The notes under the pieces were generated by a model. That model did no database searches, had not been told where the DNA came from, and saw nothing but the letters and a program-made list of their open reading frames with translations. The translations under genes were made by a program, and so were the position numbers. A stretch of DNA of 64,000 bases from Mustelus asterias (Eukaryota). Each line of letters opens with the position of its first letter. Positions within the stretch are counted from its first letter, which is position 1. The DNA lies in NCBI RefSeq assembly GCF_964213995.1, contig NC_135806.1:77996001-78060000 (forward strand), in the 5' to 3' direction. Shown here piece by piece: positions 1 to 11,324 of the stretch.

Positions 1-439
1 TGCCCAGTGTGTCTAATAAGCATGCAATCTTTGTGTTACTTGTTCAGTTAAATGATTGCAACATGCAATCAATGCTAAGCACATTGTTGAACAGCTGCCA
101 GCAGTAGGCACAAAACTATAAGAGGCTAGCACGAGTTAAAGCCAGCTGGCACCAATTAAAGGGGTGCTGCATGTTGGCTGGGGCAGGTCTGAAACATAAT
201 CCTTCTCCACAAACCTACCCCCTGACACTCCATTCTCCCTTTTCAAACAGCTTGTTCTGCTGTGTCACTTCTGCTCATTCTGCTTCTCATGTTGTAGTTT
301 AAGGGGGATACAAACTTATACATGCAATCTTGCAGCAAGTGACTTGTAAAGAAACCATGTGTGCATGTGGCACACCATCTTCAGCAAATTTAAATAACTC
401 TGGCAATCACCAAACATTCCTACAGTCACAGTACGAGCC

Positions 440-597
440 AGCAGAAATCAACAGCACTGTGGGCGTACCTGCCACACATGGAATACATCAATTCAAGAGG
501 GCAGCATACTACCACCTTCTCAAGGGCAATTTAGGATGGGCAATAAATGTTGGCTGAATCAGTGATGCCCAGATCCCATGAACCAATAAAAAAAAGT
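440..597 (+). mobile_element. 3' tail of a CR1/L2-group LINE or its partner SINE (..AAGGGCAATTAGGGATGGGCAATAAAT.. tail)
   Basis: The same tail occurs at 39205-39665(-), 41668-41960(-), 43975-44990(-) and 56628-56800(+). Confidence 0.65.
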
Positions 598-765
598 CAG
601 TAATGAATCTGAATAAAGCTGATGATCTCTTTAAATAGCACTGGTGCTGGTGGGAAGTCTTCCTATTGCTGAATGTATATTCAGCTGTGCATGGTTAAGA
701 AAAGGCATTAGTTAGATTAGTTAGAGCTTTGAATTCTAAAATGACATAACTAGGGTCAAATCAAT

Positions 766-1814
766 GGGCCTGATTTTACCAAATCGCGGTAAAGTTGGGG
801 GTCGGGCCTATACCGCGATCTGCACCCGATTCCGAGCAGATCGCGGCTTTACCGACACCCGATTTGGGCGCGGGTCCGGTCTGCGCCCGAATCGGGCGGC
901 CCGCCGATTTAAATGCATTTGCATGCATTTAAATCGACTTAATGAACCGCGAGCCCAACTCTACCACCAAATCCCACTTTACTATCTTCTGGCCCAATCC
1001 GCATCCGTGCTGTTACCGACCTGCAAAATAAAAGTCTGAACTCGCCGCTGCAGCCTCCGAAGAGCGGGGTCAGAGACTGCAACGGCTCTCTGACCCAGGT
1101 CATCCTCTGGTCGGGATGGGGAGGGGGTGGGAGGAGGAGAGGGGGTGTGACGTATCATCCCCTGCGGTGGGTGGGGGTGGGGGGTGTGGAGGAGAGGGGG
1201 TGTGGCGACTCATCCTCTGGTCGAGGGGGGTTCCGCTGCGTGTCTGCGGCCGATCCTTCCTGGCACCATCACTGGTTCACTACCAGCCACAGCCATCTCT
1301 CCCGCTCTCTCGCACCTGCAGGGAAGAGTAATCTGTGGCTGGTAGTGTACCAGTGATGGTGCCAGGAGGTATCGGCCGCAAACAGGCAGCGGAACCTCCC
1401 TCGACCAGAGGATGATATGTCACACCCCCCCCCCCCCCACCTTCCCAGGGGATGATACGTCACACCCCCTCTCCTCCCCCCCCCCAGGGGATGATCGGTC
1501 TCACCCCCTCTCCTCCCCCCCACCCAGGGGATGATCAGTCAGCCCCCCCCCCACCAGAGGATGAATGTCAGAGAGCCGCTCTCTCCGCTTTCTGCCTTTT
1601 TTTTCGCGCCCGGGCACGTTGTCAGATTTTTTTTGAACTGCGCATGCGCAGTTCAGAGCTCCGATCGGTCCGCCAGCGCTAAGCCCCGCACACAGCACGG
1701 ATCGGGCCGGAGCCGGGTAAAACGTGTATGGGCGTGCGGCAAAGAGGATTCCAGGCGCGGATCTATTTGACGCCCAGATCTGGCACTTCGACTCAAAATG
1801 GTAAAATTCCCCCC
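766..1814. mobile_element. Non-autonomous DNA transposon (PIF/Harbinger-like) with an internal fold-back
   Basis: Imperfect TIRs GGGCCTGATTTTACCA / TGGTAAAATTCCCCCC with 3-bp AAT on both flanks. CpG-rich. Internal inverted repeat at ~1083-1578. Confidence 0.7.
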
Positions 1815-2019
1815 AATGTTGCATTTCGAGAGCCGCTACAAACACAATGGACTGAAGGGTCTCGTTCTGCACTGTAACAATTATGTGATATATGCTGACT
1901 GATGTCACAATTTGCCTACTCTGATGGACAATCCCTGCATGTGCCTTCACCAAAATTGAGTCCGTCACAGCCATCATTATAAATGTACTGAGCCCACAGA
2001 AGCCACTTTGGAGGCAAAT

Positions 2020-2515
2020 GGGGCGATTCTCCCATCCCACTGCACTAATTGTTTTAGCGCAGCGGGCCAGGAGAATCGCATGTCGGCCAATTCAAGGGAT
2101 GCCGGCCGAGGGTGGGTGGGAAATCGTCACTGCTTGAGGGGGGTGGGTGGTGGCTGGAGATTAGGTAGGCCGGGATGGACGGAGGGATGGGGGGGTTCGG
2201 GACTGGCCCACGAATGGACGGGGGGCTGTGATCGGGGTGGAGGGGGGGCTGCACTGCGGGGGTCATGGGCTGGCCAGCAATTCAGTGGCCAACAAAGGAG
2301 AGGATGACACTTCGGGGCCGCTGCGCATGCGCAGAGGCCCGCTGGTTTCAGCCTCTCCAGTGTGAATAGGCCCCGCCGCTTGAAAGCTAATAATATTCAT
2401 GCATTGCACAGAGTGTGGGAGATTCTTCTCTGAACTCCCACTGAAAAAAACAACGTGAATTACTCCAGTTTTCCTGCAAATTTGACACTTAGAATTTTTT
2501 GGAAGAACCACCCCC
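2020..2515. mobile_element. Harbinger-like MITE
   Basis: Ends GGGGCGATTCTCCCA / TGGAAGAACCACCCCC. Both ends match the inverted, longer copy at 60305-61268. Confidence 0.7.
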
Positions 2516-2529
2516 AAAATGTTACCCAT

Positions 2530-4727
2530 AGAGAACACGGAGTCCCACGTCAGCAATGGTGGCTGGTGACCTTGCAACCCTAACGACGTTTTCGGATGAG
2601 GGCTTGGAGTACCATGGTAGTCAGGGAATCTGGCACCGGTGCTTGGCCAAGGATCCACATGACTCCGGCAGTAGGCATCGTTGGTGCACACTTGGTGGGC
2701 CGTAAGGCCCCTCTCGAGTTGAACAATGCTCTGAGCCTCTTTGGGTACAGTTGGGGTTCGAGACTCCCTGTGGGTTCACAGACAGAGGAGTCACAGCTGT
2801 GGGGTGCAAGAACACTGAATAGTGATTGTTTACAGTGCACATTACCCTATCCCTAACTACACTGACTGCCTTCACCATGCCCTCTTGGTAAACTTTTTAA
2901 TCTTACATGACCTACCACTACGTCTAGGTGACCATCACCCAGGCTGCACTTCAGAGGTGGAGGTGGTCAACTGTGTTCCATGCTCCGTAGCCTGTGATGT
3001 CCTTAGCAGTTGTCCCCTGGTGGGCTGAGACCTGGAGGGCCTCATCCAACTTCAGCCCGCTGCCGGTGAGATGCACTGCTGTCAGGAAGGGAGGATTCAA
3101 AAGGGCTTAGGATGGCTGGAGTCGCCTGGCTGGAAGGCCGCGCATGGGCTCCTCCTTTAGGGTGCCCGTGGGCCCCTGGGACACTTCATGGGGCAAGGGG
3201 GCAGCTGGAGTGACCTTCAGAAGCCTCTGCATCACCTGGTGCTGCCATTCCTGGAGGCCTAACTGCGTCTGCACCATGATGTGCAAGTCCTCAGCGATAG
3301 CATTGAGTTTGGTCCAAGTTCTGGAATCGCTCAGTAATAGTCCTCAGAGACTGGGTCAAACTCTGGAGCTCATCAGCAATGGCCCATTGTGGCTGGGCTA
3401 TGCTTTTGAAGCGCACAGCCATGAACCTCTGTGCCTCCAGCATGCTCCTGGGGTCCTCAACAACTCAGCTTGCCTTGGACCCTGCCACCTATGTCTACCA
3501 TTTCCTGCCCCAGGCTTTCCACTGCGGCCACCACCCTTGCAGTATTGGCCTGGATGCCAATCAATGCCAGCACCATCTCCTGTTGTCTGTAGGCTGTGGG
3601 ACTCCTCCAAACAGCCTGGTGTTTGCAGGAATGTTGCTGACACCCCCTCCTGCAATCCTCGGCTCTGTCTCTGCATCTCCAGCAGTTTTTTGAGAACTGG
3701 TCTCAGTGGTTTGGCAACTGGTTGGAGGCCAGCTGTTTCCTCGGCTCTGGCAAACCTCCACCTGCCTGAGCCCTCAGATGGTCCCACTTCCACTTGCATC
3801 ACGGCTGTGTGGTGCGCGCCAGAAAGTGTCCCAGAAGCCTCACCACTAACATGTTCCACCGTGGTCACTGTATCTCTGTTGGTGGATAGTGCGGGTGATG
3901 CCTGTGTGAACTGGTCAGTGCCTTCCTTGGAGTTGTTGACGGAGGGTCTCAGCGGTGACCACCGGAGGGGGGGAGGGGGGGGGGGGGGGTGGGGGTGGGG
4001 GGTCACAGACTCCTGATGGCCCAGGCTCATTGGGTCCGTCTCCTGCAAAAGAAGACACATGGTTCAGTATCTGTCGGGGGTGGGGGCAATTGGCGGGGTG
4101 GATATCAGGACCGTGTCTCAGCAAGCAAGGGTTATGATAGTGGGGTGCCAGAGGGATTGGAGGATGGTTCTAGAGGGTTGGATGCTGGAAAGTTATGGGG
4201 TGTCAGAGAGTGGATCAACGTGGAGATTCCAGGTGCGACAGATGGGACTGTCAGATGCCAGGACAGGATGGAAACTCACCCTTGCTGGCCGAACGAGGTC
4301 GTACATTTTCTAGCAGCACTGCCCATTGACCCTCCATGTCAATGCACGAGTACTGACTGCTGCTGCCACCCCTTCCCACGCTGCATTGCCAACCTGACCG
4401 CTGGGTTGTCAAACCTCTCCTCTACGGTCCTTCAGTCGTCCCAGTTCTCCCTCTGTGAAGTGTGGGGCTGTTCTGTGGGTTGCCATCTTCCTGTCGTGAT
4501 TAACTGTGGCTACAGTGGGAGCATTTAAATGCAGCTCCCCGTGCTGTAGCTACTTCGGGTGAGTCATACACCTGGAGCCTCTATGATGGCGTGATTCACA
4601 TGGAGGTTCTTTCATTGCACTGAGTGTCGAAAGATTGTGCTGTGGAGCGTGCCTGAGAGACCTTCATGGTTCACCCCATTTTTCTCACCATTGTAACACT
4701 TAGAAATATTTTGGGAAAATCCCACCC
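2530..4727 (-). mobile_element. Degenerate PIF/Harbinger transposon relic with a Myb/SANT-like gene remnant and one TIR
   Basis: Pseudo-exon at 4280-4486(-), further low-complexity and coiled-coil coding remnant at 3398-4042. The terminus at ~4696-4727 resembles the MITE end at ~2484-2515. Confidence 0.65.
4280..4486 (-). pseudogene. Harbinger Myb/SANT-like DNA-binding protein exon, disabled
   Basis: MATHRTAPHFTEGELGRL..*..AAWEGVAAAVSTRALTWRVNGQCC*KMYDLVRPAR followed by a GTGAGT donor. Two in-frame stops. The F..E..L / W..VA..V / R..QC..K..DL pattern fits Myb/SANT-like trihelix domains. Confidence 0.7.
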
Positions 4728-4796
4728 ATTATCACCAAAAGTAATCAATTACTCAGCTGTACCTTGTGAACATTTCATTATAAATTACAATGATTT

Positions 4797-5116
4797 GGGG
4801 TGGCACGGTGGCACAGAGGGCAGCACAGTGGCTAGCATGGCTGCCTTACAGCGCCAGGGACCCGGGTTCAATTCCGTCCTCGGGTCACTGTCTGTGTGGA
4901 GTTTGCACTTTCTCCCCATGTCTGCTCCAGTTTCCTCCCACAGTCCAAAGATGTGCGGGCTAGGTTGATTGGCCATGCTAAATTAACCCTAGTGTCAGAG
5001 GTATTAGTAGGGTAAATATGAGGGGTGATGGGGATAGGACCTGGGTGGGATTGAGGTCGGTGCCGACTCGATGGGCCCAAGGCCTCGTTCTGCACTGTAG
5101 ATTCTATGATCTATGT
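4797..5116 (+). mobile_element. HE1-type V-SINE with CR1-like tail
   Basis: tRNA-derived head with A/B-box-like motifs, V-domain (GTGTGGAGTTTGCA..TCCTCCCACAGTCCAAAGA) and TTCTATGA tail. Confidence 0.9.
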
Positions 5117-6227
5117 TTTATAATTTATTTATTTTGAAAATTACTCTGGAATAATATTGAATAGGATTCAGAAAGAATAATTCTTGGTCTTCAAACCAAG
5201 GCAAGAACTGTGCTAATAGAACATAAAATTATTGCATTTGGAGTTAAGGAGAAAGGGACACAATGGACAGGATTCTCTGATCATGTTTGCCCTGTCACCG
5301 AAAATTGAGAATTTGGCATTCAGCCAAAACTTCATACACTGCAGCGGCACTGGAGAATACCAGCTGCAGGTGAGGTCAGAGGTTTGCAGCGAATATAAAT
5401 CTTTAAAATATTCAAAGCTGGCTACTGTGGACATATGCAGATTATTTCATTTGAATTTATTTCTTTAGCTTTGTAATCCATAAGGATCCAAGATAAATTC
5501 TCATCAAAAAATAGTTAACACCAGACTGATCAACTCTTGAAAGAACTTGTGGTTGAAATATTAATGACATGTTAAAAGAACATATTTGCTAATTATGTAT
5601 ACTATCAAACTCCATAATATATCCCCACACTTGTGATGGTATTCTGAGCTGTATTCCTGTATGGGGTGCATGGCACTAAATTTTGTGTTACTTCCAAAAC
5701 TAAAGATACACAGGTTGCATTTTAGAGTTATTTAGCTGATCCCACTGAACCCAGCAAGCCACTTTATTCAGGCAGGTACACATAGGATAGCTAAAATTGG
5801 TTAATATTTGCCACCTATCAGAAACAAGCCATAATGTTCCCTCACCTTTGTGCAGGGCATGAGGTAAACAGGGGTTTCAGTTTTAGCTTGGAGGTTTTAC
5901 CTGTGGCCATTCACCTCTCTATGGAGGTGAAGTACTGAAGAATCACAACTGTAGAAATTTCTATGGTCTATGCAAAGGGTTAGGCTCAAAAGGTCAAATT
6001 GCTTTTGTTTCACCATTGTTAATTTTACAAGCTTACTGCTTCCTTATGACATAAGCATATTAATGGCTTTTTCTATAGCACGGCAAAGAGTAAACATATG
6101 AGTTTGGATAGTTACCCATTCATGTTAGAAAAATGTATATATAACCCAAAATGGAATAGTAAAATTAATGGTATTCAATCATAAACATGAACAATGACCT
6201 TTTATTTCCTGTATAGGTTTAGCTTAC

Positions 6228-6341
6228 CTGTCCGTAGCATGCAGCATAATGTATAAGGGCAGGGTAACCATCAGAAGGGCTCAGCTCAGCAATGGCTTCA
6301 GTCTCGCTCATCAGCCAACGCAGACACTCAAGCTGCCCTTC
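6228..6341 (-). CDS. SNCAIP: Synphilin-1 fifth coding exon, ankyrin repeat (EGQLECLRWLMSETEAIAELSPSDGYPALIHYAACYGQ)
   Basis: 114 nt, phase 0/0, AG at 6343-6342 and GTAAGC donor at 6227. Similar to human NGQLECVRWMVSETEAIAEL...LIHYAGCYGQ. Confidence 0.95.
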
Positions 6342-7408
6342 CTATAATCATACAATTAAAGGTTAATTTTCAACACCTGAAGCATTCTGTAGTTATAAAA
6401 CAAAACTACTGTCTTTTGAAAGACATGTGGCAGCAAATGTGCTTCAGTAGCTGATTTTAGACTTTTGTTGATGCTCAAGGTTCACCTGGATGGCTTTAGA
6501 GGCTTCATATTAGTCTACTGGCAAATAACATCAAGGAATAGAAGGACGTATCCTGTTTTTTTTCAGCAAACACTCCTAGGATAGAACATTTTTTGGAGTC
6601 TGCGCTATTTTTCAAACAAGAAACTAATTGATGAGTTAGAATGTTAAACCTTGAAAAGAAACATGTCAGGTTACTGAACAGAGATATTCAAGATGCTTAA
6701 TGAGATACAGAAAGTAAACCAGAAAGTAATACTTTGAAATACTTAAGGGCAACAAGATAAGACCGAATAGGTTCGGAGCATGTAATTGGGGGAGCTGCGA
6801 AGTAACATCTTTACAAAGAATGTGAATAACACCTGACAAGATGCTAGGAAGAGTGGTTAAGGCATGAACTCATTTAACAAATTAAATGCAGTGTTAAAAA
6901 CACAATGAACTATGCACAATGAGAATAAAGGACTCAGAGAGTTTCATCCAAAACTATTGTGTTCTACCCATTCTGAAACTGACAACTGGAAGTGCAGCTC
7001 AGGAAGATTCTCCCGCATCTTTTCTCATTCCTTGTCAGGAGAAAAACCTAACATTCAGAAACTACATAGATGGATGAGCAAAATTCTGGAACAAATCCAG
7101 CCGATACTATATTTTAGGGTATAATCTACATTTCTGTCAATTCTTACATTAATATTAAATTGTACTCTGGATCACAGAGGTGGTTAGAAGAACACTTCCT
7201 CTGCCTATCTCACTTATCAGCTCTAGTATTTTGGAGGGTCTAAGGGGCATCCCAAATTCCATGTAAAACACCATTTATAGTTTCAGTGGGACCAAAATCT
7301 GCTGGCAGCAGACTGGGGGCCTTTTCTGGGCCCAGAGAAAGCCACAACACTAAAAATGGAAACAGGAATCAATCCTAGAATTCTGACTCCCCTTGGCATT
7401 GCAATAAG

Positions 7409-8078
7409 ATGTGGAGATGCCGGCGTTGGACTGGGGTAAGCACAGTAAGAAGTCTCACAACACCAGGTTAAAGTCCAACAGGTTTATTTGGCAGCACTAG
7501 CTTTCGGAGTCTCAAGCTCCTTCATCAGGTGAGTGAGGACTTGTGTTCACAAAAAGGGCATATAAAGACACAAATTCAATTTACAAGATAATGGCTGGAA
7601 TGCGAGTCTTTACAGGTAATCAAGTCTCAAAGGTACAGACAATGTGAGTGGAGAGAGGGCCAAGCACAGGTTAAAGAGATGTGTATTGTCTCCAGCCAGG
7701 ACAGTTAGTGAGATTTTGCAAGCCCAGGCAAGTCGTGGGGGTTACAGATAGAGTGACATGAACCCAAGATCCCGGTTGAGGCCGTCCTCATGTGTGCGGA
7801 ACTTGCAAAATCTCACTAACTGTCCTGGCTGGAGACAATACACATCTCTTTAACCTGTGCTTGGCCCTCTCTCCACTCACATTGTATGTACCTTTAAGAC
7901 TTGATTACCTGTAAAGACTCGCATTCCAACCATTATCTTGGAAATTGAGTTTGTGTTTTTATATGCCTTGTTTGTGAACACAAGTCCTCACTCACCTGAT
8001 GAAGGAGCTTGAGACTCCGAAAGCTAGTGCTGCCAGATAAACCTGTTGGACTTTAACTTGGTGTTGTGAGACTTCTTA
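7409..8078. mobile_element. Fold-back Penelope-like element derivative A (inverted pLTRs)
   Basis: Arms 7445-7722 and 7802-8079. The spacer is the antisense GIY-YIG C-terminus (KFRTHEDGLNRDLGFMSLYL*), matching ~50826-50888. TSD CATTGCAA(T/C)AAG. Confidence 0.88.
7495..7531 (-). ncRNA. Minimal hammerhead ribozyme motif (left arm of A). The mirror copy is at 7993-8029(+).
   Basis: cac-CUGAUGA-a-ggag/cucc-GAAA-gc-UA-gug: catalytic core, stems I and II, and a palindromic AGCU stem III. Activity untested. Confidence 0.75.
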
Positions 8079-8166
8079 CATTGCAACAAGTACAGGCATC
8101 CTCCCAGAATAATAAAGTGATTTCCTCCATAGTATTTGAGAGGAAGCCAGTACAGGTAAAGATAAT

Positions 8167-9118
8167 GGGGGGAGGGGGGGGATTTCTCCAGGCCCGCTAG
8201 CCCCGGTTGTGATTTGTGATGGCCCAGAGAATCAGGATTCGGCGGGAAAGCAGGTTGTGCACCTGTCGCCAAAGGCAGCGCGACCCTCCCAGGCTGCGCG
8301 ACTGGTCCCAATCGGGTTCCTGGCCAGAGTGGGCAGGAAGCCTATAAATATTTGAATACACCCATTTAAATGTCATTAGTGGGCTTGCAGCCCGATTCAA
8401 ATGGCCCCCGCTACTCACCCACCTCATAAGCAAGGACCCCTGGCGTGTTGAACCCCAAGGATTGAGGAAGCACCACCAACCCATCAGCAACGAAAGACAT
8501 CCTCCCCCCCACACACCACACAAGCATGAGGTTTATCCCACCTGACCCCCCACTCATCCCCTCTCCCCCCTCAGGAGGCCAAATATCAGTGACCCACTCT
8601 CAAAAAGATGGACTTGCTGAAGAAAGGAGTTGGGCCTCCTGAAGCAAGGAGTTGAGCTTTTTAAGGGAAAGTTAGGCCTCCTCAAGGAAGGAGTTGGGTC
8701 TCCTAAAGGAAGAAGATGGATATCCAGGAACACGCTTGAGGCTGGAAGACGGACCTTCTTAATGACACTGAAGCTGGAAGATTTACCTGAGATGCTCTCC
8801 CTCCCACTGCACCCCCCACTCACTGCTATAGTGTTCCAGGGTCCAGGGTTACTGGCTGCCTCCATCCAGATCACCAGAGGCAGCCCCAGGCTTTCTTCAA
8901 TAAGTCCTGATTTCTGTTGTTCCAGAAGCGTTCTGGACTGGCATGTTTTCCCACTGGTGTTGAAGAAGATCGGGTGTTGGGGTTGGGCCTTTGTGGGATG
9001 CAAAACAGTTTCACACCAGCCACCAGCAGAAGATCCAGCAGGAAATTCATGTTGGCGTAAAACCAATTCCCCCCTCCCCACCATTGAGCTCATCATGGGA
9101 GCATGGGAGAATTTGGCC
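8167..9118. mobile_element. Probable non-autonomous Harbinger-like DNA element
   Basis: GC-rich block with TIR-like ends (GG..GATTTCTCCA / TGGGAGAATTTGGCC). No clear TSD. Confidence 0.45.
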
Positions 9119-10028
9119 TTTGATTTAAATATATGCGAGCCACAAATTGATCAGTTGAGCTGTCTTTTCTAGGTGATACATTTCATTTTGTGACAATAAT
9201 GAGGTGCCCAACCATACATTCAAGGTGATCCATGAAAAGCTCAAGTACTTAAACGCTAACTTTAACTTGTACTGTATTATCAAAACTGCATTGAATCAAG
9301 GAATAAGGGTAATGTAACAGCAAATGGAAGATCAACACAAACTGGTCACTGAGTGATAAGTTGGCAAACTTACAATTCTCCATTACATTGAGCTCATAAT
9401 CTCAGCAATGTCAATGCAAGGAACAAAATGAGAAAATATAAATGTAATTCCTCACATTGAAAAAGGGAAAAATCAGAGGGAAATGTTGAATTGTTCCAAA
9501 TGGTAAAGGTCCAGATATAAGGTGGTGAATGATTTAGCAAAATCAGAGGATAAAAAAGGAGAAAATTAAAAGATATGCATTCGAAAAACAGTGGATGGAG
9601 AGGGGCAGGAGACACAATTGGGATCAGTATCTAAAGTAAAGTTTATTTATTAGTCACAAGTAAGGTTTATATTAACATTGCAATGAAGTTACTGTGAAAT
9701 TCCCCTACCCACTGTTTATCCATAAATTCACTATATACACCTGCAACATCATGCTCTTTTGGTGCTGACAGTGGTAGAGTATATGCTCCAGCCTAATAGA
9801 AAGAAAACCAAACTTATTTTAAAATACAATGGTGAGGAAGAAAGATACTTTGTCGTACAGATTTGCTCCATTTCCCAAATTTACCATAAGACCATAAGAA
9901 ATAGGAATAGAAATAGGCTGATCGACCCCTCAAGCCTGCTCCGCCATTCAATAGGATTATGGCTGATTCAACATTCCTCAGGTGTACTGTTCATGCAGCA
10001 TTCACTGGTTAATTCTCATGCAACCTAC

Positions 10029-10208
10029 CTTTACAGCTAATGAAGATGGGGTCAGTTTCTCATTATTCCGCTCCGTCAAGCATTCCTCTGCCATTAGGGT
10101 AGTCAGATGCTGCAAACACTCAAGGTGTCCTTGTGACGCTGCAATGTGCAGTAGATTATTTCCGTTTTCATCGTGAATCTTCTCCAGATTGTCAACAGTT
10201 AAATGCGG
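10029..10208 (-). CDS. SNCAIP: Synphilin-1 fourth coding exon, ankyrin repeat (PHLTVDNLEKIHDENGNNLLHIAASQGHLECLQHLTTLMAEECLTERNNEKLTPSSLAVK)
   Basis: 180 nt, phase 0/0, AG at 10210-10209 and GTAGG donor at 10028. Ankyrin motif GNNLLHIAASQGH. Confidence 0.95.
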
Positions 10209-10484
10209 CTAATTTTTACATAAGGAACAGAAAGATCAACCAAATGAAAACCTGTTGGATTTTATAATTTTTTTCTACTCACAACTTTTCAGTTCAGCTT
10301 CATATTTTTGTGCATTTAACCAGCGTGTCAGATCAGAAATTCATGTAAATTGATTTGGTTTCATCAGAACATATTTGGCAACTACTTAAAATTAGTTATT
10401 TCAGATTGACTAGGAGCGAATTAAACTTTAAATTATTTGAAATGTGTACCAAAGAGCACAATTAAAAGTTGGCATATTTTATAC

Positions 10485-11135
10485 ATATGAACATAAGAAC
10501 TAGGAGCAGGAGTAGGCCATCTGGCCCCTCGAGCCTGCTCCGCCATTCAATAAGATCATGGCTGATTTTTTCATGGACTCAGCTCCACTTTCCACTCCGT
10601 CCACTCACCATAACCCTTAATTCCTTTACTGTTCAAAAATTTATCTATCTTTGCCTTAAAAACATTCAATGAGATAGCCTCAACTGCTTCACAGGGGGCA
10701 GGGAATTCCACAGATTCACAGCCCTTTGGGTGAAGAAATTCCTCCTCAACTCAGTCTTAAATCTGCTCCCCCTTATTTTGAGGCCATGCCCCCTAGTTCT
10801 AGTTTTACTTGCCAGTGGAAACAACTTCCCTGATTCTATCTTATCTATTCCCTTCATAATCTTATATGTTTCTAGAAGATCTCACCTAATTCTTTTGAAT
10901 TCCAATGAGTATAGTCCCAGTCTACTCAATCTCTCCTCATAAGCCAACCCTTTCAACTCCGGAATCAATCTCGTGAATCTCCTCCGTACCCCCTCCAGTA
11001 CCAGTATATCCTTTCTCAAGTAAGAAGACCAAAACTGTACACAGTACTTCAAGTGTGGCCTCACCAGCACCTTATACAGCTGCAACATAACCTTCTTGTT
11101 TTTAAACTCCATTCCTCTAGCCACGAATACCAATA
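10485..11135 (-). mobile_element. 5'-truncated CR1 LINE (RT C-terminus, 3'UTR, TTCTTATG tail)
   Basis: ORFs LYKVLVRPHLKYCVQFWS and TRGHGLKIRGSRFKTELRRNFFTQR. Confidence 0.88.
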
Positions 11136-11324
11136 TATATACCAATGGACAACAATCTGGATGATAGAGTCAGAGTTATTCCAGCATAGGAGGAGATAAT
11201 TCTGCCCATCAAATCCATGCCAGCTGTCTGTAGAGCATTGCAGTCAGTCCCATTCCCCCATTTTATTCATGACGCCCTCAAATTTATTTCCTTCAAGTAC
11301 CCATCCAATTTAATTTTGAAGTAT

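Noticed and set aside
3144-4016. 290-aa plus-strand ORF
   Set aside because: Antisense shadow of the GC-rich Harbinger Myb-gene remnant, with no recognisable domain.
1-6227. Next SNCAIP exon (EKILLWLL..-like)
   Set aside because: Not found by eye on the minus strand. It probably lies beyond the left edge of the window.
8554-9172. Overlapping 180-aa ORFs on both strands with LKEG-like repeats
   Set aside because: They arise from short degenerate tandem repeats inside a probable non-autonomous DNA element. No domain or splice support.
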